From contig NC_043013.1 of assembly GCF_006345805.1 (NCBI RefSeq), positions 1,674,001 to 1,738,000 of the forward strand: a stretch of DNA of 64,000 nt, read 5' to 3'. Source of the DNA: Octopus sinensis (lineage: Eukaryota). The notes under the pieces are model-generated. The model saw nothing but the letters and a program-made list of their open reading frames with translations, was not told the origin of the DNA and searched no databases. A program made the position numbers and the translations under genes. Each line of letters opens with the position of its first letter. Position 1 is the first letter of the stretch. Shown here piece by piece: positions 51,251-63,717 of this stretch.

Positions 51251-53290
51251 AGCTCTACTTACCACTGTCGTCTGGCAGGAGTGTCCCCTGGTTTTTGTTG
51301 TGGACATTTCCACGAGGTTTTTATACAATCTCTTGGAGAATGTTTTTTCGAATGACCCAACAGCATTTTTAATTTTTAATGTGTTGTAGGTATCCTGTTT
51401 TAGTTTTAAAATTTGTATGTTTGTTGGTGATGGTGGTGGTGCATTGTGTGTTGGGAAGACAAAGTCTTCCATAGTGGTGTCTATATTTTCTCTAATGTAT
51501 GTAACAAGGTGCGTATTGTCGGTGTCGATGGCTGGAGGTTGGTGGTGTTCGTGTCGTGCATTGTGTTGGTGTTTGAGGTGGTAGTGCTGATGGAGGTGTT
51601 GTTGTTATTGGTTGCTCTGTGTGTGTGTGTTGCTGCTTTTGGGAAGTTCCTCTTATTAGCACGCCTCTCCCTCTTTTCTTCTACTGTCTTTTTTTTCTCT
51701 TTTTTTAGATGGTACTGTTTGCCACTCTCCCTTCTCGATCTCAGTACTCGAACAGTCCGAGTTGTTTTAGTCGGGAAGCGGGGTTTTCTCTGGCTCTTCG
51801 TTTTGCTGGGGTTCATTTGTTGCTGGTGCTACTGTTGCTGTTGGTGGTGGTAATACTGCTGCTGGTGGTACTGTTACTCCGACTGGTGGTAGTGATGTTA
51901 CTGCTAATGGTGGTAGTGATACTCCGGCAGGTGGTGGTGGTGGTGCTCCGACTGGTAGTGGTACTCCGGCTGACGTTGGTAGTCTGGCTAGTGGTGGTGG
52001 TGGTACTCCGGCTGGTGTTGATGTTGGTGTTGGTGGTACGCTGGCGACGGCTGGAGACGGCGTCGCTGTTGCTGTTGCTGGTGGTGATGGGGTTGATTTC
52101 GGCTGTTACTGTTGCTGCACTGGAGGTGACCCCGTTTTTGCTGTCGCTTGTAGTTTCTGCTGTCGTTCCGACGTATCTCATTGTATTTGGGACAGTCGAC
52201 CTTAAGTTGCTGATCACTTTCACAAAAGTAGCACCTTGGCCTCCTACCCTCCAAGGTCACGTGTAGTCTCGTGCCGTCCAGTAATTTTATAGAGTCAGGG
52301 ATAGAATTTAGTGCTTCTTGTTCAATTTGAACGAGGAGCTCCAACCCCTGACCCGTCCAATTTTGTTGGTGCAATTTACGCACCTCCAATATTGTGACAG
52401 TATCCTCTTTATCAAAGAGGACAGCTGCCACCAACCAACATATATTTAATTCTGGGGGTACCTCCCGAATTTTTATTCTTGTAACGCGCCGACCTAACTA
52501 TGTCGGCACGAGCAGGAATTCTTCAGTTTTTAGTGGCACAGTGGATCTGTTGCAAAATGCACTTCTACAGTGCCGAAGCGTCTTCCTCGCGTCACATAGG
52601 TCTTTTGTTTCCATATTGGCTTTAGGATTCACTCCTGCTGTTGTTGAGTGGCCTGTTCAACTCTTTTCTTTTTTTATGTTCAAAACTTTATGTTACGATT
52701 TTTTGCTTGTATCCCTTATTAAATTCTGTGGGGTATTAAGGAGGACATTATTCCCATCTTTCCTTAACAGTTCCTTTGCATCTTTTATCTCGTCTAAAGT
52801 AAAATTCTTTTTCCCTTTCGTTTGTTTCGTCGCAGAGGCGAAACCGTTGCCGCTAGGTTTGTCGTTGTACTTCTTGTTTGACTTTTCTTTTTCGTTCGTG
52901 TTATCGGTGTTGGCGGTGTTTTCTCGACTATTTTCTTCTTTTTCCATGAAAATGGTGGTGCTGGTGCTGTTAGTGGTGTTGGTATTCTTATTTGTGTTGT
53001 TCAGAGGGTGGGATATCTTCGCTGTATTGGCCGTCAGAACAGCCGCTGCTATCCCACTCGACAGAGGAAGCCATCTTGTTTTTCGTCGAACGAAAAACAA
53101 AAAAGATATTTTTTTAAAGATCAACAGTCCAAAATTCTCCCCAAAAAGGGGGAACATTTTACAAAAGAACCCCTTCTGTACACCAAAAGAGGTTCAGAAA
53201 ATAAAAACAGACAATCAAAACAGTCAAAAGTCTTCAAAAAGCCACAACAAAATCCCAACTTACGGAGCGCACAAAACACGTCTTACCTCG
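51250..53290 (-). pseudogene. Gag-like ORF1 region with decayed zinc knuckle and Thr/Ser-rich tract
   Basis: WLVAAVLFDKEDTVTILEVRKLHQQNWTGQGLE...LEGRRPRCYFCESDQQLKVDCP. Confidence 0.75.
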
Positions 53291-53319
53291 CCGACAACAA
53301 CAACAACAATAATAATAAT

Positions 53320-55765
53320 ACCTCCAAAGTGGTATAGTGGAAGAGATGGACAATTTTTCGCAAGAATATGATACCGTGAATTCTGAAAAAATTGGGATCT
53401 TTGATTACTCAAACAATAAAGACCCATTAATAATAAACAGAATTTTGGGTCTATTAAATACGGAAGGGACATAATTTATGTGCGGCATAAAGAAGGCCAA
53501 CCAATGGAGACTAAATCAAGAGACGACAAAGTCAATATTTTTCTGAGACACATCGAAACAAAGAACATCACAAAAACAAATAATCTTTTCAAGGCAACTA
53601 GTAGGATTGTGGAAGAAAGGATGGGATTGAGAACTACTGAGAATAGAACAGCGACGGATAGAAGAGGAAATAAACAACCGTGATAGAAAAGAAGAAATTC
53701 CGAAGATAAAAACTCCTTGAACAGTGTAATTTCAATACTTGTCAGGAAAAGAAATGGAGAATTTAAGAATGAATGGAAATTCGAAAAAGTTAGGAAGCAG
53801 CGCATAATGCAAAACAAGCAAAGCTAACTAGGTTTGAACCACGGATTGAGCAATACCGGCAAAACAAATTGTTTAGAACCGACCAAAAAAGATTTAACCA
53901 AGAAATTAATGGGGATAAAAAACATGCAAGATTAGTCCCTGATGTTGATGAAATTCGTCTTTTAAGGGGTAAGATATGGCGTGAGCACGAACGACATAAT
54001 GCTACAAATGAATGGGTCTGTAGTCTGAAGAAAACAACTTATTATCCCCAGCAATCCAGCGATCCAGTATCAGAAATATGAGTAAAAAGATAAGCAATTC
54101 GAAAGCAGCAGGACCTGAAGGTGTACAGGGATTTCGGATGAAAGAAAAGTTCAGTAGTTGCCATAAATTGATCGCAGAGCAATTTAATGCATTGATCAAT
54201 GGAAAAGAAGAGATCCCTGGCTGGTTGACAAAAGGACGAATGGTGTTGTGCCTGAAGGATGAATCAAAGGGAAATGCTGCTGACCAATTTCCTGAAGTTA
54301 CTGTCAGGAGAAATTTCAGAAGAACTGTATAAATTTCTTGATGAGAACGATATATTACCGCCGGATCAAAAAGGCTGTAGAAAGAGATGCAGAGGTACCA
54401 AATATGCGCTATTGATAGATAAAATGGTAATGCAAGATTGTAAACGAAGGAGAACAAATTTGGGAATGGCCTGGATTGACTATTGCAAAGCTTATGATAT
54501 GATTCCACATTCGTGGATCATCGAGTGCTTAGATCTGTTTGGAATTGCGAGGAATGTAACGTGTTTTTTGAAGAGAAATATGATTGGATGGAAAACTGAA
54601 CAGACATCTTACGGAAAATGCTTGGGCACCCTAGGTATCAGAAGAGGGATTTTTCAGGGTGATAGCCCTATTTCCGTTGCTTTTTGTTCTCTGGATGATA
54701 CCCCTGATCTTGGAAAATGAACCTGGGGTGCCAACTAAAGGAAAAATCCCAATCAATTAACCACCTCCTCTTCATGGATGATTTGAAATTGTGTGGCAAA
54801 GATGAGGCACAAGTGAGTGCCTTGGTGAATACACTCCACTGTTTTAGTACTGATATTAGAATGGAATATATATATATAAAATAGCGTGGAGCCATTGTTG
54901 AAACACACGACGAAGGCCGGCATTATCAAAACTGAAAATTGTGCAACGAAAGAAAAATTTAAACAAGAAATGAACAAAAAGAAAAAAAAATGAAAAAGCA
55001 TGGAAGGAAAAGAGAATATACGGTCAGTTTAAACTCCAAGACATATACACAGGACCGGTGGATATGGATGAAGAGAAGTGACCTGAAGATAGAGACAGAA
55101 GTACTCATATGCGCAGCTCGGGAACAATCGTTAAGGACCAATTATATGAAATGCAGAATAGACAGCACTACTGATAGCGACAAATGCAGAATGGGTGGCG
55201 AGAAGGGTAAAACGGTATGGCACATCGATAGTGAATGCCCGAAATTGGCACAGCGCGAATACAAAAGACGCCATGACAATGTGACAAGAATGATACATTG
55301 GGAACTGTGCTGCTTTTCCGGAAGGGTCTGTAGAAATCACGCCCTAAAAAGAGCAAAAACGTGGTATGAACAAACTCCAGAAAGAGTAACCGAAAATGAG
55401 AACTGCAAAATCCTGTGGAATGCAATGATCCAGTACGATTACCTGACCAGACATCGGAAACTGGACAGTGTCGTGATGAATAAAAAAGGAAGAACTTATC
55501 TGATAATCAACATAGCATGCCTCTGTGATAACAGGATCTACAGCGATTTAAAGTGGAAAATACGAAGTATTAGCACATGGCTGAAAAAGATTGGTGTAAG
55601 TGTGAAGGTAGAACACCCACAAAAACCAGCATTGCTTGGAACTGTAAGAATTCTTGGCAGGGTTCTTGAGGCATGACCAGTAAACAAGTGTCACCTTAGA
55701 CTGTTGGCTGTGGACAGCTGATACTTTCCATACCCAGCAAAATAAATTGTAAGTTTTCATCAAAT
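53320..55765 (+). pseudogene. Degenerate R4/Dong element with deletions, starting at (AAC)(AAT)n
   Basis: [63 protein letters not shown]. Confidence 0.88.
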
Positions 55766-55784
55766 AGTAATATTAATAATACTC

Positions 55785-56076
55785 CGCTGCTGCAATTCCA
55801 GGCAATGATTCTCATGGCTTCTGATCTTAACTGATTGGAAATGTTAACGTGTACATGTTTTGCCTTGGTGTAAAAGATGAGCGGCAGCAACTATTCTGGC
55901 CAAACCGCAGATTTTCTTGTCAGTTGCTTGAACTTAACCAGTTGAGCATGATCCTTATTAGCTGACGATACGTGCACCTCTGATTACAAGCAGCAGTGGG
56001 GGAGCATCATAGCCATGTGTTGAGAGGAATTCTTTGGAGTTTGAATAATTCGCCCAGAAAATATGGGTGTTTCGTT
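55785..56076 (+). mobile_element. Diverged partial copy of the 554-bp element after a Dong 3' end
   Basis: ccaggcaatgattctcatggcttctgatcttaactgattggaa... Confidence 0.8.
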
Positions 56077-56329
56077 CTCGCTAATTGTTTCATAAATAAA
56101 ACTAAGAATAGAACAAAAGCAAACATTTCTTCTGAATGAAATGACTTTCTACGTAATATTTATATTCTATGAATCTTGAAATTTGTGTTTTAATATCTAT
56201 AGACATTCAGGGTAAAGTAGAATACATCTCCAAATATTTACGTAAAGTCATGCGTCATTGCTGATATTTAAATATTAATATGTCGAGCTACCTATCACTT
56301 CAAGTAGTTAATAATAAATATTCTTTTCT

Positions 56330-57097
56330 ACTCGAGGCATAAGGCCCAACATTTTTGGGGAGGGGGCCAGTCGATTAGATCGACCCCAGTACGCAACTGG
56401 TACTTAATTTATCGACCCCGAAAGGATGAAAAGCCAAGTCGACCTCGGCGGAATTTGAACTCAGAACATAAAGACAGACGAAGTACCTATTTCTTTACTA
56501 CCCACAAGGGGATAAACACAGAGAGGACAAACAAGGTCAGACAAACGGATTAAGTCGATTGTATCGACCCCAGTGCGCAACTGGTACTTAATTTATCGAC
56601 CCCGAAAGGATGAAAGGCAAAGTCGACCACCGCAGAATTTGAACTCAGAATGTAACAGCAGACGAAATACCTATTTCTCTACTGCCCACAAGGGGCTACA
56701 CACAGAGGGGACAAACAAGGACAGACAAACGGATTAAGTCGATTATATCGACCCCAGTGCGCAACTGGTACTTATTTAATCGACCCCGAAAGGATGAAAG
56801 GCAAAGTCGACCTCGGCGGAATTTGAACTTAGAACGTAACGGCAGACGAAACTACGAATTTCGCCCGGCGTGCTAACGTTTCTGCCAGCTCGCCGCCTTC
56901 TAAACATGGAGGGGACAAACAAAAGGATTAAGTCGATTACATTGACCTCAGTGCGTAACTGGTACTTAATTTATCGACCCCGAAAGGATGAAAGGCAAAG
57001 TCGACCTCGGCGGAATTTGAACTCAGAACGTAGCGGCAGACGAAATACGGCTACGCATTTCGCCCGGCGTGCTAACAGTTCTGTCAGCTCGCCGCCT
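56330..57097 (-). mobile_element. Head-to-tail SINE family A multimer plus an adjacent copy
   Basis: Junctions GAA(A/G)TAC|CTATTTC at 56486 and 56670; unit about 184 bp; heads end at 56897 and 57097. Confidence 0.9.
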
Positions 57098-57354
57098 TGC
57101 TAATAATAAATATTAACTCATCTAAGTACGAATATGATGTTTTTTATACATTGATAATGCTTCGTGACTTTGTACAGGACGGATACATTTGACCCCCTGA
57201 TACATAAAAAGCACTTATTTTAATCAACCCAACAGAGATGAAAATAAAAATCCTTCCCGGCCGTATTTGAACCGACAATGTGCAGACTAAATATTCTTAA
57301 TGCGATTCACTTGGGCGTTTTCCTGTTCCAGCCACTATTAACTCTTACACAAGT

Positions 57355-57759
57355 CTCAATATTGGTTTCAAATTTTGGCACAAGGCCAGCAATTTTGGGG
57401 GAGGGGGTAAGTCGATTGCATCGATTCCAGTGTTCAACTGTTACTTATTTTATTGACTCTGAAAGGATGAAAGACAAAGTCGACGTCGGCAGGATTTAAA
57501 CTTAGAACGCATAGACGGGCGAAATACCTATTTCTTTACTGCCCACAAGGGGCTAAACACAGAGGGGACGAACAAGGACAGACAAACGGTTTAAATCGAT
57601 TATATCGACCCCAGTGCGTTACTGGTACTTATTTAATCGACCCCGAAAGGATGAAAAGCAAAGTCGACCTCGGCGGAATTTGAACTCTGAACGTAACGGC
57701 AGACGAAATACGGCTACGCATTTCGCCCGGTGTGCTAACGTTTCTGCCAGCTTGCCGCC
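57355..57759 (-). mobile_element. SINE family A dimer
   Basis: Junction GAAATAC|CTATTTC at 57527. Confidence 0.88.
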
Positions 57760-58726
57760 TTATACAAATTTCAATATTGATATTATCTTTCCACAACTGA
57801 CGTACCAATACCATCCCGCATTTAGAGTGCAGTTTCAGAGAGCGAAAGATCAGGATCGATTCCAAATTATTCCTTAAGTGAGGTCTGACAAGGTTTAAAA
57901 CGTGACAATTTCTGAAATCTGAGCGACAGTTATTTTTTTATTGGCTATCTTCTCCATTTATTGGCTAGCATTGTGGTCCATTGTTAAGCCGTGCTGGCTG
58001 ACACTCTCGTGCCATGCTCTCGCACTGTCCGTCACTGCTTGCTAATGAGGCTGCCTGCTACCCAGACGGATGATCGGTACTGACCATTTCGTCATTGTGC
58101 CGACGCCTTGGCGCTAGAAGCAGAAACTCCAACAACACCTATGTCAACAGCCAGCTTATCACTGAGCCTGCATGCATGCTAGCATATTCGACTGGTGTCG
58201 CAGCTGTCGTGCAAGAAAAGACGCCATTATCGGCCATACAATCACACATCTAACTACAGCGGACGTTAGCCTCTCAGTTGCAGACGGATGACTAATTGAA
58301 TGTATTTTATTCTCCCAGACAGATAAACAGACAGATATATCTATAACTATATGGAGACACAGACTCCCAAATAAAAGACAGTCTGGCAGACACGTGGGTA
58401 TTCATTGACGGGCAGTCTAGAAGGCATATTGGACAGACAAATGTACCAGCACATAAGGAGATAGTCAAGCGCGCGTGCACACACACATACACATAGACAC
58501 GCAGATGCATACATTTATGCACACAGATATACGCACACTCGCACATGCACACATATATGTAAGGGGTAAGACGTTGTTATATACGAGACCGTATGAATGT
58601 GTTAATATGAAATCATGCCTCATTGAATATTTATATACAAATATACACACATACAATTACAGATAAAGACGCTCATACAAATACACTTTTACTCACACAT
58701 ACACACACACACATACACACACACAC

Positions 58727-58779
<53 letters not shown>

Positions 58780-59032
58780 TTACATATTCAAACATTCAAA
58801 GGTGTGTACTTAAACCAGTGATGGAAGTGAGGGTGGGTGGGTATCTTGCGTCTACGTAGGAGAGGGTTGACGGCGTTCCTCTACTTTCCGGTTCACGTTG
58901 TGGGGTAGTTTTCATAGCGTCTGTTTCTCACGCTTCCCAACGTCAACCTCTTGGACCTTAGCCTACTCCTACTTCCTAATGGTCATCTCATTCATATATG
59001 TATATGCATATTTTGAAATAGTCACACACACA

Positions 59033-59077
<45 letters not shown>

Positions 59078-59271
59078 GGAACATGCATACGCAATCATTA
59101 TCATATTGAACAAAAACTAAATGAACAATATACACACATATATAAACACACGCACATACTATATACACACGTTTCTCTTCAAGGACACATGCTTACATCG
59201 ATATGCACATGTACGTACTTGCACACTTCCATTCATACATGTACATATGTATACATACATGCGTATATATA

Positions 59272-59328
<57 letters not shown>

Positions 59329-59609
59329 ATACATATATATATACATATATATACATATATATATACATATATATATACATATATATACATATATATATAA
59401 CATATATATACATATATATATATACATATATATATACATATATATTACATATATATATATAATTATATATATATATATATATAATATATATATATATATA
59501 ATATATATATATATTATATATATATATATATATATACAAGCACATACATATATACTTGCCGCAAAAAAAATCAATTACACACAAAATATAATTATTCTTT
59601 TCTACTATA

Positions 59610-59930
59610 AGCACAAGGCCTGAAGTTTGGGGGAGGGGGATAGTCAATTTCGTCGACCCCAGTGTGTAACTGGTACTTATTTCATCGACCCCGAAAGGAT
59701 GAAAAGCAAAGTCGACCTCAACGGATTTTGAACTCAGAACGTAGCGACGGGCGAAATACCTATTTCTTTACTACCCACAAGGGGCTAAACACAGAAGATA
59801 CAAACAACGACAGACAAACGGATTAAGCTGATTATATCGACCCCAGTGGGTAACTGGTACTTATTTAATCGACCCCGAAAGGATGAAAGGCAAAGTCGAC
59901 CTCGGCGTAATTTGAACTCAGAACGCCAGA
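59610..59930 (-). mobile_element. SINE family A dimer, head truncated
   Basis: Junction GAAATAC|CTATTTC at 59759. Confidence 0.85.
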
Positions 59931-60013
59931 CGTGCTATTTGTCATCTGAGCATTTTTACAAAGTTTGTAAATTTGGACAGGGATTGGATCGACAAGGGAA
60001 CCTTCGCCTGTAC

Positions 60014-60047
<34 letters not shown>

Positions 60048-60334
60048 CACACACACACATACAGACAAACACACATACATACAAAAACACACACACACAA
60101 ATACACAAACACGAACACACTCACATACAAACACACACACAAACATAAGCACATACATACACACAAACACACACATGTAAACAAACACACACACACATAC
60201 AAACACGCACACACAAACACACACACATATAAACAAATACACACACACGAACACACACATAGAAATAAAACACGCGCATACACACACACACATATGTATT
60301 TATACATATGCATGTTATATATATATATACATCT

Positions 60335-60498
60335 CTTTACTACCCACAAGGGGCTAAACACATAGAGGGGACAAACAAGGACAGACAAAGGGATTGAGTC
60401 GATTACATCGACCCAGTGAGAAACTGGTACTTTTCGACCTCGGCGGAAATTGAACTCACAACGTAACGACAGACGAAGTTTCTGCCAGCTCGCCGCCT
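60335..60498 (-). mobile_element. Internally deleted SINE family A copy
   Basis: Tail and head present, core shortened. Confidence 0.8.
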
Positions 60499-60533
60499 CC
60501 TATGTGTATCTGTCTGTGTATTTATGAAATATC

Positions 60534-60888
60534 GTGGCACTCCGTCGGTTACGACGACGAGCGTTCCAGTCGATTCGATCAACGGAACAGCCTGCTTGTG
60601 AAATGAACGTGCAAGTGGCTGAGCACACCACAGACACGTGTACCCATAACGTAGTTCTCAGAGAGATTCAGCATGACAGAGAGTGTGACAAGGCAAGCCC
60701 TTTGAAATACAGGTACAAGAGAAACGGGAAGAGTGATAGAAAGTTGTGGTGAAAGAGTACAGCAGGGTTCGCCACGACCCCCTGCCGGAGCTTCGTGGAG
60801 CTTTAGGTGTTTTCACTCAATAAACATTCACAACGCCCGGTCTGGGAATCGAAACTGCGTTCCTATGACCACTGGGTCACTGCGCTTC
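60534..60888 (-). mobile_element. tRNA-derived SINE family C
   Basis: Minus strand has B-box-like GTTTCGATTCCC near the start and ends ...CGTCGTCGTAACCGACGGAGTGCCAC. Confidence 0.65.
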
Positions 60889-60920
<32 letters not shown>

Positions 60921-60952
60921 TGTATGTATGTGCGTATGTATGTATGTATGTA

Positions 60953-62240
60953 CGAGGGGCGTTCAATAAGTAATGCCCCTGACCTACTTGCATTTGTTTG
61001 ATCTAGCTGAAATTGCATGTGCACTTATTTATACCTCTATAGATTAAGTGGCGAATTACAGCTCTGAACTAATTGTGGTTTCTGATTTACAGGTGTTTGA
61101 ACTGAGTCAAGTGTGAAATGGAGCCTGTTGAGTGTCGAGCAGTGATCCGGGTTTTGTATTTGAAAGGACGCACACCACGGGAGACTTTTGATGAAATGAA
61201 AGTAACTTATGGTGATGATGCCCCATCATATGACCTTGTAAAACGCTGGCATCGTGAATTCAAACATGGTCGGAACTCTGTGGAAACAGCTCCCAGATAT
61301 GGTCGTCCCCGTTCTGCCATTGATGAGGCTTCTGTCCGTCAAGTTGAGGCTGCCATTTTGGAAGATCGACGCATAACTATTCGCCAAATAGCCCATGAGG
61401 TCAAGATTAGTACCGGGTCTGTGAAAACTATCATTCATGACCATTTGCATATGCAAAAGGTGTCTGCCAGATGGATTTCCAGGTTGCTCACACCTTTCCA
61501 GAAGCAAGAACGCGTTGAGTGCTCGAGGATGAATTTGGAGATGTGCCAAGAAGATGCGTCAAAATTTTTCAAAAGACTGATCACACAGGATAAAACCTGG
61601 GTCCATCACGATGATCCATAGACCAAAGCCCAGTCAATGCAGTGAAAGCACCATGACTCACCTCCTCCAAAGAAGGCAAGGGTGCAGCCCTCCGCTGGCA
61701 AGGTCATGCTCACAGTCTTCTGGGACCAGGACGGAGTAGTGATGACAGATTTCCTGGCAAAGGGTACCACAATTACAGGAGCCTATTATGCTTCACTTTT
61801 GAGGAAATTAAGAGAAGCTATCAAAATCAAGAGGCGGGGCAAGATCAGCAAAGGCATCCTCCTCCTGCAGGACAACGCTCCGGTCTACAACTCGCGTGTC
61901 GCCAGATCAGAAGCACAGGCGTATGGCTATGAACTCCTCCCCATCCCCCCTACTCTCCTGACCTTGCACCCTCTGATTTTCACCTCTTCCCAATCATGAA
62001 GTTGTTTTTGAAAGGAAAGCGTTTCCCAGATGATGCAGCCTTGATTTCTGAAGTCACGTCGTGGTTGGGGGACCAAGCTGGGTTCTTCTACAAAAATGGT
62101 CTCCAGAGCTGTATCAAACGATGGGAGAAATGTGTAACTGAGTAGTTCCTATGTAGAAAAAGACTAATAACTGTGCCAAGTTTCGTTGCTCTACTGCTAT
62201 GGGAAGTGGGTCAGGGGCATTACTTATTGAACGCCCCTCG
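60953..62240 (+). mobile_element. Full-length mariner DNA transposon (1288 bp) in a (TATG)n tract
   Basis: Perfect 32-bp TIRs CGAGGGGCGTTCAATAAGTAATGCCCCTGACC (60953-60984 and 62209-62240); TA TSDs at 60951-60952 and 62241-62242. Confidence 0.97.
61118..62168 (+). pseudogene. DD34D mariner transposase (irritans-like), two stops and one frameshift
   Basis: HTH N-terminus, WISRLLT, ITQDKTW, QDNA-34 aa-D, YSPDLAPSD after a 1-bp gap near 61940; TAG at 61619-61621 and TGA at 61643-61645. Confidence 0.93.
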
Positions 62241-62258
62241 TATGTATGTATGTATATA

Positions 62259-62321
<63 letters not shown>

Positions 62322-62450
62322 TGTGTGTTGTGTGTGTGTGTGTGTTGTGTGTGTGTGTGTGTGGTGTGTGTGTGTGTGGTGTGTGTGTGTGTGTGTGTTT
62401 TGTTTTGATTTGCTTCAGCTCAGAGCTGCGGCCATGCTGATGCACCGCCG

Positions 62451-62494
<44 letters not shown>

Positions 62495-62498
62495 TATA

Positions 62499-63185
62499 CA
62501 CAAAATTTAGAGGACTGACCACTAAAAGTGGACACCCTATATGCTAAATATAGACGTCAAATCACCATTATCACGAAGAAAAATCTCAGCAAAAAAAACA
62601 CAATGTAAAAATAAGCAAGACAAATGAAAATATACGAAATAAAAAAACGATTACCTATGTGTTATTGGTTTCACTTGTTAATATTTACGTATATGGACAC
62701 ACAAATATCTGCAAGGTCATCAGAATAGTCTGTCGTTTACAAAACACAATTTCCAGAACTAGATACAGAACGCTCAACCGAAATCCATCATTGTATAAAG
62801 TTCTACATTTTATATTAAGGTGTATCTTTCAAATGCCTTCACTTTGGCGCGCCTGAGATCGGAAACTACTCTGTAGTTAATAAACTACAGCAGTCAATTT
62901 ACCGGTTGGAGAACATTTTTTTTAATTTAAAATTAAATAAGGGTAGAAATTGATATTAATCAATTAAAATCAGTGGCTTAGCATATTTAAAAAAATCCGA
63001 AGATTAAAAACTTTTTACATACAAAATCGAGCGGACTGACCACTAAAAGTTGGCAGCCTATATGCTAAATATAGACGTCAGATCGCCATTACCACGAAGA
63101 AAGTGTTCTCAAGTTCTAATCTTCGGATTTTTTAAAATACGCTAAGCCACTGGTTTTAATTGATTAATATCAATTTCTACTCTTA

Positions 63186-63187
<2 letters not shown>
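62499..63187. repeat. 71-bp inverted repeat enclosing a copy of an upstream ~80-bp segment
   Basis: Arms 62936-63006 and 63117-63187; 62499-62580 is repeated at about 63020-63101. Confidence 0.85.
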
Positions 63188-63249
<62 letters not shown>

Positions 63250-63670
63250 ATATAAATTAAATTAGAGATAAAACCACTATTAGGCAAATCAAACAGTGAA
63301 AAATATAAACCAAAACATAAAAATAAAATTAATTAATATAATATACAAAATATATTTTAAAAATTCAAAATTTAAATTATTTAAATTTAAAGTTAAAAAT
63401 TAAGAATTATTTATTATATCTGTAAATTTATATATATATATATATATTTATTTATTTTTATTTATTTTATTTTTTATTTATTTATTTATTTATGTATTTT
63501 TTAAAATTAAGTATATATAACTATCAAAAAGTATTAAAAAGTTTAATATAGATAAAAAGTATATATATATATACATACATATATATATGCCTGTATGTAT
63601 ATAAATACATGCACACACAAATACGCACATACATCTGACATACACGCATATACTAATTCTCTCTCTCTCA

Positions 63671-63717
<47 letters not shown>

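Noticed and set aside
52394-53371. 325-aa plus-strand ORF, and 51709-52266 and 34638-35177
   Set aside because: Antisense shadows of minus-strand retroelement ORFs; hydrophobic bias comes from A-rich sense strands.
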